Source: an archaeon (lineage in GTDB: Archaea; Methanobacteriota_B; Thermococci; Methanofastidiosales; NM3). Taken from it: a DNA stretch of 64,000 bases. Shown in pieces: positions 19,791 to 29,557 of the stretch. The DNA is taken from NCBI GenBank assembly GCA_004212155.1, contig RXIG01000024.1, positions 25,133 to 89,132 on the forward strand. The letters are read 5' to 3'. Every line of letters begins with the position of its first letter. The stretch's first letter is position 1. Both the position numbers and the translations under genes were made by a program. The notes under the pieces were generated by a model. It saw nothing but the letters and a program-made list of their open reading frames with translations. It ran no database searches and was not told the DNA's origin.

Positions 19791-21340
19791 GCAAGCCGGT
19801 CGTCGTATGGGTGGAACTTGCCGCCTGCAGCGGATGCAGCGTCTCGTTCTTGGACAATCACGACTCGGTCGGCCGCATACTCGAAGCCATCGACCTCAGG
19901 TACGACACGCTCATTATCGACGGACGCGACATACCCGACCATATCGACCTTGCCATCGTCGAGGGCGGGGTCGCGATCACCGACAAGCAAATAGAGCTCG
20001 TGCGCTGCATCAGGAGGCGCTCGGACGTCGTCGTGGCCATGGGCGCGTGTGCCGAGACAGGGGGCGTGCTCAACTACGCCGAGGGCAATCAGATGCCGAT
20101 GCCCGAGCTTGATGCCTATCTTCCCCTGCACGACCTGATCGAGGTCGACTACGTGCTGCCCGGATGCCCACCGGCGTCGGAGGCCATCGCCAAGTTCTTC
20201 GAGGCGTATCTCGACAAGGACTGGGCATACCTTGCACCATACAACACCATCAAGGGGAAGAGCGAGGGGAAGATACGCGACATCGTGAAGATGGGGCTTT
20301 GCGTCTCCTGCGGACTGTGCGGCGCGACGTGCCCGACAAACGCTATACGATTCGTCGAGGGCAAGCCGGTGATACGCGACGAGCGCTGCATCATCTGCGG
20401 CGAATGCTACTTCCAGTGCCCCCGTTCGTTCCTGCGGCTCGAAGAGCGCGACCCCGGCACGCCAAACGGGTCGGTGGGCCCCTATCTCGAGGCATACCAG
20501 ATGCGCACCACCAGCTCAACGCTTCGCCGCGCCGCACAGTCGGGCGGCATCGTCACCACACTGTTCACCTATGCGCTTGACAACAATCTCATCGACGGCG
20601 TCATCGCCGCCAAGAAGAGCGAGGAGAGCGTATGGATGGGCGATCCCTACATCGCGACGACGCCCGAGGAGCTCCTTGCCACCACGGGCACGAAGTATTC
20701 GGTCTGCCCGACACTCAACTACCTGCGCGATGCGGTGACGACCCACGGCCTGGGGAAGCTTGGCATCGTCGGACTGCCATGCCAGCACGAGGCGCTCAAG
20801 AAGCTCGATGACTATCCGCTCGGACTGCGCCACATATCCGATAAGATCGCGCTCAAGGTCGGCCTCTTCTGCACATCGAACTTCAGGTACAATGCCATGA
20901 CAAAGATGGTTGAGGAGGTGGGCGGCGTTCGCCCGGAGGACATACGCAAGATCGACATCGGCGCGGGAAGCTTCAACATCAGCGCCCTCACGGGCGAACT
21001 CATCAAGATCCCCCTTGACGTAGTGCACAACTACGAGCAGGAGTCGTGCAAGATCTGCCCCGACTTCACATCGGAGTATGCCGACATCTCGGTGGGCTCA
21101 ATCGGCGCCGATGAGCACTGGTCGACCGTCTTCGTGCGCACGCAGCGGGGCAAGGAGATCCTCGACGGCGCGGTCGAGAACGGCTACATCGATTCGCGTG
21201 AGCTGCCGGAAAACGCGCTCAAGCTCGTCGGAAAGATCGCGGCATCGAAGCGAAAGAAGGGTGCACGATACCTTGCAACGAGGAAGGACTACGGCCTGCT
21301 CATCCCGTTCAGGTATGTCGAGACCGATAGTTCAACATGA
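19787..21340 (+). CDS. Fused F420 hydrogenase gamma (small) and beta (F420-binding) subunits
   Basis: N-terminal CSGCSVS, GACA and PGCPP, then two ferredoxin motifs ending QCPRS, then FrhB motifs QSGGIVT, GTKY, GLPCQ, GLFC, CKICPD and ADISVGS in one frame. Confidence 0.85.
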   Translation: MSKPVVVWVELAACSGCSVSFLDNHDSVGRILEAIDLRYDTLIIDGRDIPDHIDLAIVEGGVAITDKQIELVRCIRRRSDVVVAMGACAETGGVLNYAEGNQMPMPELDAYLPLHDLIEVDYVLPGCPPASEAIAKFFEAYLDKDWAYLAPYNTIKGKSEGKIRDIVKMGLCVSCGLCGATCPTNAIRFVEGKPVIRDERCIICGECYFQCPRSFLRLEERDPGTPNGSVGPYLEAYQMRTTSSTLRRAAQSGGIVTTLFTYALDNNLIDGVIAAKKSEESVWMGDPYIATTPEELLATTGTKYSVCPTLNYLRDAVTTHGLGKLGIVGLPCQHEALKKLDDYPLGLRHISDKIALKVGLFCTSNFRYNAMTKMVEEVGGVRPEDIRKIDIGAGSFNISALTGELIKIPLDVVHNYEQESCKICPDFTSEYADISVGSIGADEHWSTVFVRTQRGKEILDGAVENGYIDSRELPENALKLVGKIAASKRKKGARYLATRKDYGLLIPFRYVETDSST

Positions 21341-21412
21341 ATGTCGATAAGCGCTACGACAGATGGCATAACTATATATAGATGTCAATCATAGGAAAAT
21401 AGGGGAAGGGTT

Positions 21413-21943
21413 TTGAATAACATATGGGGGAGTTCGTACAAGGAGCTTGTCCTGAAGGAGCTGCGTAACAACTGCCGGCGGAGCGACAGGGACATATCGA
21501 AGGCGATCAAGGTCCATCCGTCCACTGTCGGCCGCATACGCAACACGCTCGAGGAAGAGGGCAAGATATTCGGTTACACTGTATGCCGCGACTACTTGAA
21601 GGCAAACTACAACATGATGTTGATCTGCCTCAAGACATCGACCGTCGATGAGGCGTTCTATCACAAGATACGCGACATCCTCGAGCAGAGCGAACCCGAC
21701 ATCGGCGAGCGCGAGCCTGACACCACCAAGGAGATCATACTCATCGACTTTTACGAATGCGTCGGGAAGTACGACTTCATGCTCACCGTCGCATCGAAAG
21801 AGGCGCTCTCGCTCAAGCGGTTCATCAACGAGATGAAGCGCCAGCTCGATGGATGGCTCGAGGCGGATATCGAACTTATCAACATCGCGTCGATCTTCAA
21901 GAAGAACGAGATACTCAATCCGTACAAGGTCTCGACACGCTAG
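21413..21943 (+). CDS. Lrp/AsnC family transcriptional regulator
   Basis: N-terminal HTH (NCRRSDRDISKAIKVHPSTVGRIRNTLEEEGKIFGY) and GKYDF in the C-terminal domain. Confidence 0.75.
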   Translation: MNNIWGSSYKELVLKELRNNCRRSDRDISKAIKVHPSTVGRIRNTLEEEGKIFGYTVCRDYLKANYNMMLICLKTSTVDEAFYHKIRDILEQSEPDIGEREPDTTKEIILIDFYECVGKYDFMLTVASKEALSLKRFINEMKRQLDGWLEADIELINIASIFKKNEILNPYKVSTR

Positions 21944-21954
21944 GAAGGATGCAC

Positions 21955-22185
21955 ATGGACTACAGGCTGATCTTTACGTTCCTATGGATAATTTTCATCT
22001 TGCTGTTTTCAAGCCTTGCCATGAGGAGTGGCAGGCAGTACCAACGAACGGGCAGATGGGGGTGGCTTCATCCTCCGAGCTCGCTTTCGCATATGTACAA
22101 GGAGATCGCGCAGTACTTCGTTTGGTTTGGGTTCGTTGCGCCGCTGCTTGTTATCATCCTGCTCGCCGTCATCACGTACGGTTGA
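21955..22185 (+). CDS. Small two-TM membrane protein
   Basis: MDYRLIFTFLWIIFILLF...FVWFGFVAPLLVIILLAVITYG; GGAAGG RBS-like sequence. Confidence 0.6.
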   Translation: MDYRLIFTFLWIIFILLFSSLAMRSGRQYQRTGRWGWLHPPSSLSHMYKEIAQYFVWFGFVAPLLVIILLAVITYG

Positions 22186-22221
22186 CGGTGCATGGAGATA
22201 GATAAAAAAAGAGGGAAATGG

Positions 22222-22803
22222 CTAAGTGCCGTCCCCGATTTTTGATGCCAAAGCGACGATACGCTTGCCAAGCGCATACGCTTCTTCGATCGATTCCACA
22301 TTCTCTGCAGCCTCGCCCATCTCGTCCGCATAGACCATGAGCCCGAGGCCGGGTATGCCGCCGATACTGGTCAGCACCGCCTTGTTGGTAAGGAGAAATC
22401 CGCTGATAGAGGCGAGCGTGGGGAAGTGTCCCCACTTCCAGGCGACCGCCACGGCCGCGCCGACCTTTCCGTCAAACGTCTTTTCCTGATGCCAGAGCAC
22501 GCGCTCGCGGTCGATGAGCGCCTTGAGCGGCGCCGCGATGTTGCCGAAGTAGACGGGCGAACCGATGACTATCCCGTCCGCGTCCATCATCTTGTCGAAA
22601 ATGAGCTCGGCATCATCATCGTAGGTGCACTCCTTGTGCTCGGCGCAGTACTCGCATGCCTTGCATGGATGCACCGTCTTGTTGGCCATTGGGAGGAACT
22701 CTGTCGAGGCCCCCGATTCCTTTGCCGACTTCAAGACCTCCTTGATGATGAAGTCGGTGTTTCCGCCAGATCTGGGACTTGCGGATATGCCAAGTATATG
22801 CAT
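22222..22803 (-). CDS. Iron-sulfur flavoprotein (Isf, multimeric flavodoxin family)
   Basis: SPRSGGNT, compact CKACEYCAEHKEC motif and GSPVYFG. Confidence 0.85.
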   Translation of the reverse strand: MHILGISASPRSGGNTDFIIKEVLKSAKESGASTEFLPMANKTVHPCKACEYCAEHKECTYDDDAELIFDKMMDADGIVIGSPVYFGNIAAPLKALIDRERVLWHQEKTFDGKVGAAVAVAWKWGHFPTLASISGFLLTNKAVLTSIGGIPGLGLMVYADEMGEAAENVESIEEAYALGKRIVALASKIGDGT

Positions 22804-23062
22804 ATCATCACCACGAATTATTGTTTTTTTTTAGTATAAATAATTAACTAATAATTGTTTAAATCAATAAATAAAAAATAAAACAAATTCATATTAAATT
22901 AGTACAAAATAATGAAACTTTAATTTAAAATAAAATAATATTAATATCATTAAAATAAATAATTTAAATATTCTTAAATAAAATAATCAAATAAGTAATA
23001 TAAAGATTCTTAATGAGTAAAGAACAATAAATTAATATATAATGAAGTTATAGGTAGATACC

Positions 23063-23497
23063 ATGAATCACTATGCGATCGGGAAGGTCATCGACAATAC
23101 GCTGTACCTTCCAAAGGACGTCCTCTCCATGATGGGGATCAACAAAGACGCTTATGTGCTTATCGAGGTTGACCGCCATGACAAGGAGGCGGTGGTGACG
23201 AGAATTGGCTCTGCCGACACCGAGCTCGTGGAGATGAATCTTATCCTGAAGAACATGCCCGGCACGAACGCCAAGATAGACACGGTCCTTGGCGACGGTA
23301 ACATCAACATCCTCTTCGGCGAGGGTGAGGCCATAGACGACGAAACCTATATCTCGATCAAGATGCTTGACATGAAGAGGTCGGACATGACGATCTCCGA
23401 ACTCTGCACGAAGCTACGCGAGACGGGGGTCGTCTACGAGGTAGAGCTCAAACCGCTGGACAAGGCGAGCGCATGCCATCACGTCGAAGATTTCTAA
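23063..23497 (+). CDS. Putative regulator: AbrB-like N-terminus plus ACT-like domain
   Basis: LYLPKDVLSMMGI N-terminus; KNMPGTNAKI...LGDGNINIL ACT-like signature. Confidence 0.55.
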   Translation: MNHYAIGKVIDNTLYLPKDVLSMMGINKDAYVLIEVDRHDKEAVVTRIGSADTELVEMNLILKNMPGTNAKIDTVLGDGNINILFGEGEAIDDETYISIKMLDMKRSDMTISELCTKLRETGVVYEVELKPLDKASACHHVEDF

Positions 23498-23994
23498 GGG
23501 ACGAGCTCGAGGGCCTCAAGGAGAAGCTCTCCACCGAGCACGACGGCTGGCAGGAACTCAGGTTTCCCCGCAAGATGCAGGCACGGGAGATCATGGAGGA
23601 GCCACATCTCATCGATGACGACGCGACCATCAAGGATCTCCTCTACAAGATGAAGCTGCTCAATGCCACGAACTTCATCGTCGTCGACGACGACGAGAAG
23701 GTACGGGGCATCGTCACCGAGAGCGATTTCCTCAAGATCGTTTCGCGCCCCTCGCTTCCCTCGGGCATAGGCGGCGCCCATTCGGCCGACCTCTTCTTCC
23801 GCGCCTCTGAGGTGGTGCGCGACATCATGACCGAAGACCCCATCACAGTGCGCGAAGATGATTCCCTCGAAGAGGTAACGACGACGATGCGCAAGTTCAA
23901 GATCAGCCACGTGCCGGTGGTCGACAAGACTGAAAAGGTCTTGGGCATCATCAGCACAAAGGATGTCCTTACCGTACTGCGGCTACTCGGGTGA
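23473..23994 (+). CDS. CBS domain pair protein
   Basis: VVDDDEKVRGIVTESD, VRDIMT and PVVD...LGIISTKD. Confidence 0.85.
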   Translation: MPSRRRFLRDELEGLKEKLSTEHDGWQELRFPRKMQAREIMEEPHLIDDDATIKDLLYKMKLLNATNFIVVDDDEKVRGIVTESDFLKIVSRPSLPSGIGGAHSADLFFRASEVVRDIMTEDPITVREDDSLEEVTTTMRKFKISHVPVVDKTEKVLGIISTKDVLTVLRLLG

Positions 23995-24000
23995 AGCGAC

Positions 24001-25137
24001 ATGGACCTCATCCTCGATATTGCCATACTGCTGCTGGCAGCAAAGGTCGGCGGAGAACTGACCGAGTATGCTGGATATCCTTCCATCATAGGCGAGCTCG
24101 CCGGCGGCATCATCGTTGGCACGTCGGTGCTCGGCCTCATAGGTGATACGAGCGCGCTTGAGCGCTTTGCTGACATCGGCATCCTGCTGCTCATGTTCCT
24201 GGCAGGCGCAGAGACGAATCTGCAGGAGCTCACGAAGTCGGCAGGCAGCTCAGTTGCCGTGGCGATATCAGGAGTCGTGTTCCCGTTCATGCTCGGGTAT
24301 CTTGCTGCCGTCGCGTTCGGATACGGGGCATCGGAGGGCATGTTCCTCGGCGCGGCCCTGACGGCGACTTCGGTGAGCATCACTGTGCGCGCCCTGTTTG
24401 ACATCGAAAAGCTCAATACAAGTAAGGGCATGACCATCCTTGGTGCAGCGATCATCGACGACGTCATCGGCGTCATCATCTTCACACTTGTAGTCGGACT
24501 GGCTGTGCAGGGTGAGCTCTCGGCGCTCCGCATCATCGAGGTGATAGGGGTAATCATTGCGTTCTTCCTGCTCTCGCACTTCGTGGTGCGCAGAGCCATG
24601 CGCCGCCTCTTCAAATATTCTCGCATGCTCAGGACCGAGGAGGGTACGGAAACGTTCGTCATCGTCTTCGTGCTCCTCTTCGCCCTCGTCGCAGAGGAGG
24701 CCTACATCGCAGGCATCACGGGCAGCTTCCTGGCAGGCATCATGCTAGCGCAGACGCATGACCGAAACACGATCATAGAAAAGACGAAGACGGTCGGCTA
24801 TGCGTTTTTCATCCCTCTCTTCTTCGCCTTCGTGGGGAGCCGCGTCGACATCTGGCAAATTCTTGATGTCGGGGCGATAAGTGTGGTGGTGATCGTCTTT
24901 GCCATCGTAGGCAAGATGGGTGGCAGTGCCATCGCATGCAAGGCGATCGGCATGAAGATCAGAGACGGACTCGAGATAGGCATCGGCATGACCCCCCGCA
25001 TGGAAGTGGCCATCGTCATCGCGAACGCGGCACTGACAGAGGGCGTCTTCGCGGTGCCACTCTACACGTCAGTCGTGATGATGAGCTTTGCGACGACGCT
25101 CATCACGCCGCCGCTCCTCAAGAAGTTCTTTACGTGA
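24001..25137 (+). CDS. CPA2 cation:proton antiporter (NapA/KefB-like)
   Basis: GELAGGIIVG, ATSVSIT, AIIDDV, FFIPLFF and PRMEV motifs. Confidence 0.88.
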   Translation: MDLILDIAILLLAAKVGGELTEYAGYPSIIGELAGGIIVGTSVLGLIGDTSALERFADIGILLLMFLAGAETNLQELTKSAGSSVAVAISGVVFPFMLGYLAAVAFGYGASEGMFLGAALTATSVSITVRALFDIEKLNTSKGMTILGAAIIDDVIGVIIFTLVVGLAVQGELSALRIIEVIGVIIAFFLLSHFVVRRAMRRLFKYSRMLRTEEGTETFVIVFVLLFALVAEEAYIAGITGSFLAGIMLAQTHDRNTIIEKTKTVGYAFFIPLFFAFVGSRVDIWQILDVGAISVVVIVFAIVGKMGGSAIACKAIGMKIRDGLEIGIGMTPRMEVAIVIANAALTEGVFAVPLYTSVVMMSFATTLITPPLLKKFFT

Positions 25138-26830
25138 ACTCCTTCGGGGTGAGCGTGAGCGTGCGAATGTTCTGCACAGGTGTGCCCACGGTGATATCGC
25201 ATCCCGAGGCAAGAATGAGTCCCTTGCCGCCCATGTCCTCGATGCATCGGCGCGCCTCGGTGCGTACCTTGTCGGGGGACGACATGTAGAGCGTCTCGAG
25301 TGCCGATACGTTGCCGATGATAGCGAAGCGGTCGCCAAGCATCCGTCTCGCGAACGAGAGGTCGACATGCGAGTCGATGCTCACGGCATCGGTGTTGAGG
25401 CCGCGGAACAGGTCAAGCCTGTCGCTGATGTTTCCGCAGATGTGAAGCGCCGTCTTGTCGTCGCTTCGGTTGAAGTGGCCAAAGACGTCGTTGATGAACG
25501 GAAGCGAGAACTCCTCGAAGACCTCGGCGGATATGAGGTCGCCCGATGCGACGGGGTCGCAGAAGAGATATGCCTCGATGCCCGCCTCCTGCATGAGACG
25601 GGTGAATGAAAGCGTGAGCTCGGTGCAGTACTTGAGCAGTTTGAACGCAAACGGCCTGTTCACGAAGAGGTCCATGAGGAGATTCTGGGTGCCGCGAAGC
25701 TCGGCGGCCAGGGTAAACGGCATCGCGAGCGTAGCATACGTGAAGCGAGATCCATCATTGAGCTCGTTTATCGCAGTTGCCGCCTCGATGGCCGAACTGA
25801 TGCGCTCATGCGACTGCAGCTCGGGCATCTCCAGCGAATCGATGTCCTCCGCGCGCTTGAGCAAAGGCTCGATGGTCACCGGATTACCCTTCGCCTCAAT
25901 ACGCACGTGCCCCCCTGCCGCTTCGATGGGGGCGAGCCAGTCCCATGCGCACTCGTAGGCGTCAAAGCCGCAGTTACGGACCTCCTTGTACTGGGTCTTT
26001 GCGGCTAGTTCTGGATGTGCGATCGACTGACCCACCGTCATGCCCGCGTGGTGCAGCGCCCAGTAGCCCTGAAAGGGGGGGGCGGTGGACACCATGTCAG
26101 GCACATCGCCACGAAGCGTCATCATGACGCGCTGGTGGGGCGAGACCTTGCGCTTCTTTCCCTTCAGTGTGGCAGCTCGCTGCTTGACGAGCTCGTGCGA
26201 GAGTTCCACGGTCTTGACCGCGTCGTCGGCGTAGCCGTCTGCGCCGATGGTGCGGGCGAACTCCTCGGTGACGGGGGCCCCGCCCACCATGACCTTGACG
26301 TCGTCGCGGCGCTCGAGAAAGAGGTTGACAACATCGATCATGTTCTCCATGCTCGTCGTCATGAGCGCCGAGACGCCGACGATGTCCGCATCGACCTCGA
26401 TGGCCTTTTCAAGGAACGTCTCGGCAGGCGTGTCGACGCCGAGATCATAGACCTTGAACCCACCCAGCTCAAGCAGCATCTTGACCATGTTCTTTCCGAT
26501 ATCGTGGAAATCGCCCGTGGTCACGCCGAGCACGACGGTGCCCTCGTTGTGGGAGTTGTTGTTCTGCGAAAGATAAGAATGAAGGATATCAATGGCCGCG
26601 TTTGCGGCGCGAGAAGAGAGCAGGACCTCGGGGATGAAGATCTTTCGCTGTTCGAACAGCTCGCCGAGCACCTGCATTGTGTCATGACAGGCAAACGAGA
26701 GGGCCTTGCGCACGTCGACGTCATGCTCGATGACCTGTCGGGCGGCATCTACCGCACCGTCAACATCGCCGTGGATGATGCTCCTGCACAGAGCACCCAG
26801 GATCTCGTCGTCCCGTTTCATCATGGTCAC
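25130..26830 (-). CDS. Corrinoid protein fused to MtaA/UroD-family methyltransferase
   Basis: N-terminal B12 cap plus DFHDIGKN, SALMTT and GGAP; C-terminal MtaA-like domain with LHICGN and SGCDI Zn ligands. Confidence 0.88.
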   Translation of the reverse strand: MTMMKRDDEILGALCRSIIHGDVDGAVDAARQVIEHDVDVRKALSFACHDTMQVLGELFEQRKIFIPEVLLSSRAANAAIDILHSYLSQNNNSHNEGTVVLGVTTGDFHDIGKNMVKMLLELGGFKVYDLGVDTPAETFLEKAIEVDADIVGVSALMTTSMENMIDVVNLFLERRDDVKVMVGGAPVTEEFARTIGADGYADDAVKTVELSHELVKQRAATLKGKKRKVSPHQRVMMTLRGDVPDMVSTAPPFQGYWALHHAGMTVGQSIAHPELAAKTQYKEVRNCGFDAYECAWDWLAPIEAAGGHVRIEAKGNPVTIEPLLKRAEDIDSLEMPELQSHERISSAIEAATAINELNDGSRFTYATLAMPFTLAAELRGTQNLLMDLFVNRPFAFKLLKYCTELTLSFTRLMQEAGIEAYLFCDPVASGDLISAEVFEEFSLPFINDVFGHFNRSDDKTALHICGNISDRLDLFRGLNTDAVSIDSHVDLSFARRMLGDRFAIIGNVSALETLYMSSPDKVRTEARRCIEDMGGKGLILASGCDITVGTPVQNIRTLTLTPKEFT

Positions 26831-26878
26831 AGCTTCTTGTTTATACCAACTCCTTAAAAAGGTAATTCAGGATAGAGC

Positions 26879-27892
26879 TCAAAGTCCGTGCGCATACGAC
26901 GTGTAGGCGCGTATGTTGTCAAGCGGCGTCTTGGGCGATATGCCGCAGCCCGGGGCGAGGATGTCCGCGCCCTTCTCGATGCATGAGCGCGCCTCGTCGA
27001 CCACGCGCCGAGCGTCGCCGAAGAGGAGCGTGTCGATGGGATTGATGTTTCCCACGAGCGCAGCGGAGCGGACCTTCTCGCGCGCAACAGCCATGTCAAC
27101 GAGGTGGTCAATCGATATGCCCTTGGCACCGATGCGCTGCATATCATCAAGTATCTCAGTGGTGTCCCCGCAGATGTGGAGCACCACCGGCACGTCGAGC
27201 GAATCGATGACGGCATGCAGCTGTGGTCCTGCAAGCGAGGCGAACATCTCGGGTCCGATGAGCTCGGTTGTCGCCGAAGGATCGATGAGCGTGATGACAT
27301 CTGCCCCGTTGGCCACGAGGTGGCGGGCGTATGCGACGCACACGTCGGTGGTGAACGCGAGCACGCGTTCGAGGAAGTCGTAATCATCGAACGAGTCGAT
27401 GAGGAGCGTCTCGATGCCGCGTATCTGCCCGGCCAGTGTGAACGGCCCGACCACTCCGCCGATGACGGGAAGCCCATGCCGGTCCGCGCGTTCCGAGAGC
27501 AAGCCAAGCGCCGTTGCCACCACGGGCATGCGCCCTGTCTTGGAGGGATCGGGAACCGAGAGCGAGTCGAGCGCATCCTTGTCAGCGAGCACGGGGCGTT
27601 CCACCGAAGGCTGCGACGTGTCTGCGCCGCTGTGGATCGAGCATCCCAGCGCCTCCGCCTCCACGGTGAGGCAAAACGGAACGCGCACGCTCTCGATGTC
27701 GGCACACTTCCATGCTGCGTAGGCGAGGTCCGCCATCTTCTTCGCATCGTAGTGCGCATCGGGCCAGCGAGCACCGCTTCGCTCCATCATCTCGAGCGTC
27801 GCCGTCTGGAGCGGACATGCGCACGATGGGCGGTCTGCCGGTTCGCCGTCGAGTATGGCAAGCAGCCGTTCGCGGGAGGAGAGCTCGGGCAT
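26879..27892 (-). CDS. MtaA/CmuA family methylcobamide:thiol methyltransferase
   Basis: VRVPFCLTVEAEALG, GRMPVV, GPFTLA, LHICG and APGCGI; the most canonical MtaA-like sequence in the cluster. Confidence 0.88.
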   Translation of the reverse strand: MPELSSRERLLAILDGEPADRPSCACPLQTATLEMMERSGARWPDAHYDAKKMADLAYAAWKCADIESVRVPFCLTVEAEALGCSIHSGADTSQPSVERPVLADKDALDSLSVPDPSKTGRMPVVATALGLLSERADRHGLPVIGGVVGPFTLAGQIRGIETLLIDSFDDYDFLERVLAFTTDVCVAYARHLVANGADVITLIDPSATTELIGPEMFASLAGPQLHAVIDSLDVPVVLHICGDTTEILDDMQRIGAKGISIDHLVDMAVAREKVRSAALVGNINPIDTLLFGDARRVVDEARSCIEKGADILAPGCGISPKTPLDNIRAYTSYAHGL

Positions 27893-27896
27893 GGTA

Positions 27897-28925
27897 TCAC
27901 TTCCGCGCGACGACCGTCTTGAGCGCCTCGACGTTATCCATCGGACTTCCCGGTGCGATATCGCATCCAGCACCCAGCACGAACGCCTTGCCGTCGGTCT
28001 TTTGTATGCACGCCTGCGCCTCGCGCACGACCTGTTCGGCCGTCCCGTTAAAGAGCGTCTCTGCGGGATTCACGTTGCCAAGCAGCGTGGGCGAGTCTCC
28101 AAGCGTCTCCTTCGCATAGGCGAGGTCGACGAGGAAGTCGAGCGAGAAGACGTCAATGTCGAGCTCGCCGATGGTATCGAGCCTGTCGGACGTGTTGCCG
28201 CAGATGTGAAGGAGCACGTAGGCGTCGGCATCGCGAATGGCCTTGATGGGTGCCTTGAGATAGTGTTTCGAGAACGTCTCGAAGTCCTCTTTTGATATAA
28301 GGTCCGCCGAAGCGGTGGGATCGCAAAGAATGACGCCGTCAACACCCCAGCTCGTGAGATATTCGCTGTAGCGCACGACGACGTCCTCTGCAAACGAGAG
28401 CATGTCGTGGACGAAGTCAGGCTCGTCGTACATGTCAAGCATGAGATTCTCGACGCCGCGAAGCTCGCCTACGAGCGTGAACGGCGATACGAGCGTCGTG
28501 TAAAGGAACTTGTCGCTTCCCAGCTTGTTCCTGATGATGCTTGTCGTGTGCATTGCGCTCTGAAGGCGGTAGTCCTTCTCAGGATCGGGGACCTCGAGTG
28601 AGTCGAGAACTGAGGGTGAGGTAACGACATGAGTTGCCGTGCTTGGGTTCCCGACATCCGGCATGTCCACCGTGCAGCCCACAGCCTCCACAGGGGCGAG
28701 CCAGTCCCACATCGTCTCGAAGCCGTCAAAGGCGCAGCGCTCCACCGCTTTGAGCTGGGCCGAAGCGGCAAGCTGCGGCTTGTCGATCGACGTCCTGACG
28801 GGGACGCCGGCCTGCTGCAGCGCCCAGTAGCCCTGAAAGGGGGGCCCGATGGGCACCCTGTCGACGGGCTCGCCGTTGATGGCAGCCACGAATCTGTCGC
28901 GAGATGAGTGCGACACCATTGTCAT
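27897..28925 (-). CDS. MtaA/UroD-family methyltransferase
   Basis: PVDRVP, SPFTL, CDPTAS, LHICGN and GAGCDI. Confidence 0.85.
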   Translation of the reverse strand: MTMVSHSSRDRFVAAINGEPVDRVPIGPPFQGYWALQQAGVPVRTSIDKPQLAASAQLKAVERCAFDGFETMWDWLAPVEAVGCTVDMPDVGNPSTATHVVTSPSVLDSLEVPDPEKDYRLQSAMHTTSIIRNKLGSDKFLYTTLVSPFTLVGELRGVENLMLDMYDEPDFVHDMLSFAEDVVVRYSEYLTSWGVDGVILCDPTASADLISKEDFETFSKHYLKAPIKAIRDADAYVLLHICGNTSDRLDTIGELDIDVFSLDFLVDLAYAKETLGDSPTLLGNVNPAETLFNGTAEQVVREAQACIQKTDGKAFVLGAGCDIAPGSPMDNVEALKTVVARK

Positions 28926-29557
28926 GCCCCCACCAACTTACCGATGAGCTTGACCGCCTTTGCCGCGTCGTCGGCGTAACCGTCTGCACCGATCGTGTCA
29001 GCATAGCTCTGTGAGACGGCGCCACCACCAATGATGATCTTGATGTTGCCATCGACCTCCCTTACGGCGGCGATGACGTCGGGCATGCCCACCATGCTTG
29101 TCGTCATGAGCGATGACATGCCCACGACCTGTGGAGATGAGTCCTTGACCGAGGCGACAAAGGCATCCTTTGTGACGCTCTTGCCAAGGTCGACGACGGT
29201 GTAGCCCGCTGCCTCGCACAGCAGCTTGACGAGGTTCTTCCCGATGTCGTGGATGTCGCCCTCGACGACGCCCAGCACCACGGTGCCCGATGACTTCGAA
29301 TCGACCTCGAGGTGCGGCTTGAGGATTTCCACTGCCATGTTCATCGCCCGCGCTGAGCGAAGGATCTGTGGCACGAACACCTTGCGCTGCTCGTAGAGGT
29401 CGCTTACGATCTGCATGCCCTTGTTCAGGCCCTGCTGTATGCACTCGTACGCATCGAGTTCCATGGATATCGCATCATGTGCCGTGGCGGTGGAAAGCTT
29501 CTCATCACCGCTAACGACCGCATCGGTCAGTTTTTTGTAAACATCTTCCTTTTTCAT
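28922..29557 (-). CDS. Methyltransferase corrinoid protein (MtaC/MtbC-like)
   Basis: B12 cap domain plus EGDIHDIGKNLV, SSLMTT, GGG and GADGYA. Confidence 0.9.
   Translation of the reverse strand: MKKEDVYKKLTDAVVSGDEKLSTATAHDAISMELDAYECIQQGLNKGMQIVSDLYEQRKVFVPQILRSARAMNMAVEILKPHLEVDSKSSGTVVLGVVEGDIHDIGKNLVKLLCEAAGYTVVDLGKSVTKDAFVASVKDSSPQVVGMSSLMTTSMVGMPDVIAAVREVDGNIKIIIGGGAVSQSYADTIGADGYADDAAKAVKLIGKLVGA

Noticed and set aside
18111-21340. Possible selenocysteine recoding in the hydrogenase
   Set aside because: L1 and L2 motifs use Cys codons and there is no in-frame TGA.
25130-29557. Possible pyrrolysine-containing methylamine methyltransferase
   Set aside because: All ORFs are uninterrupted, and no MtmB/MtbB/MttB-like sequence or split amber ORF was seen.
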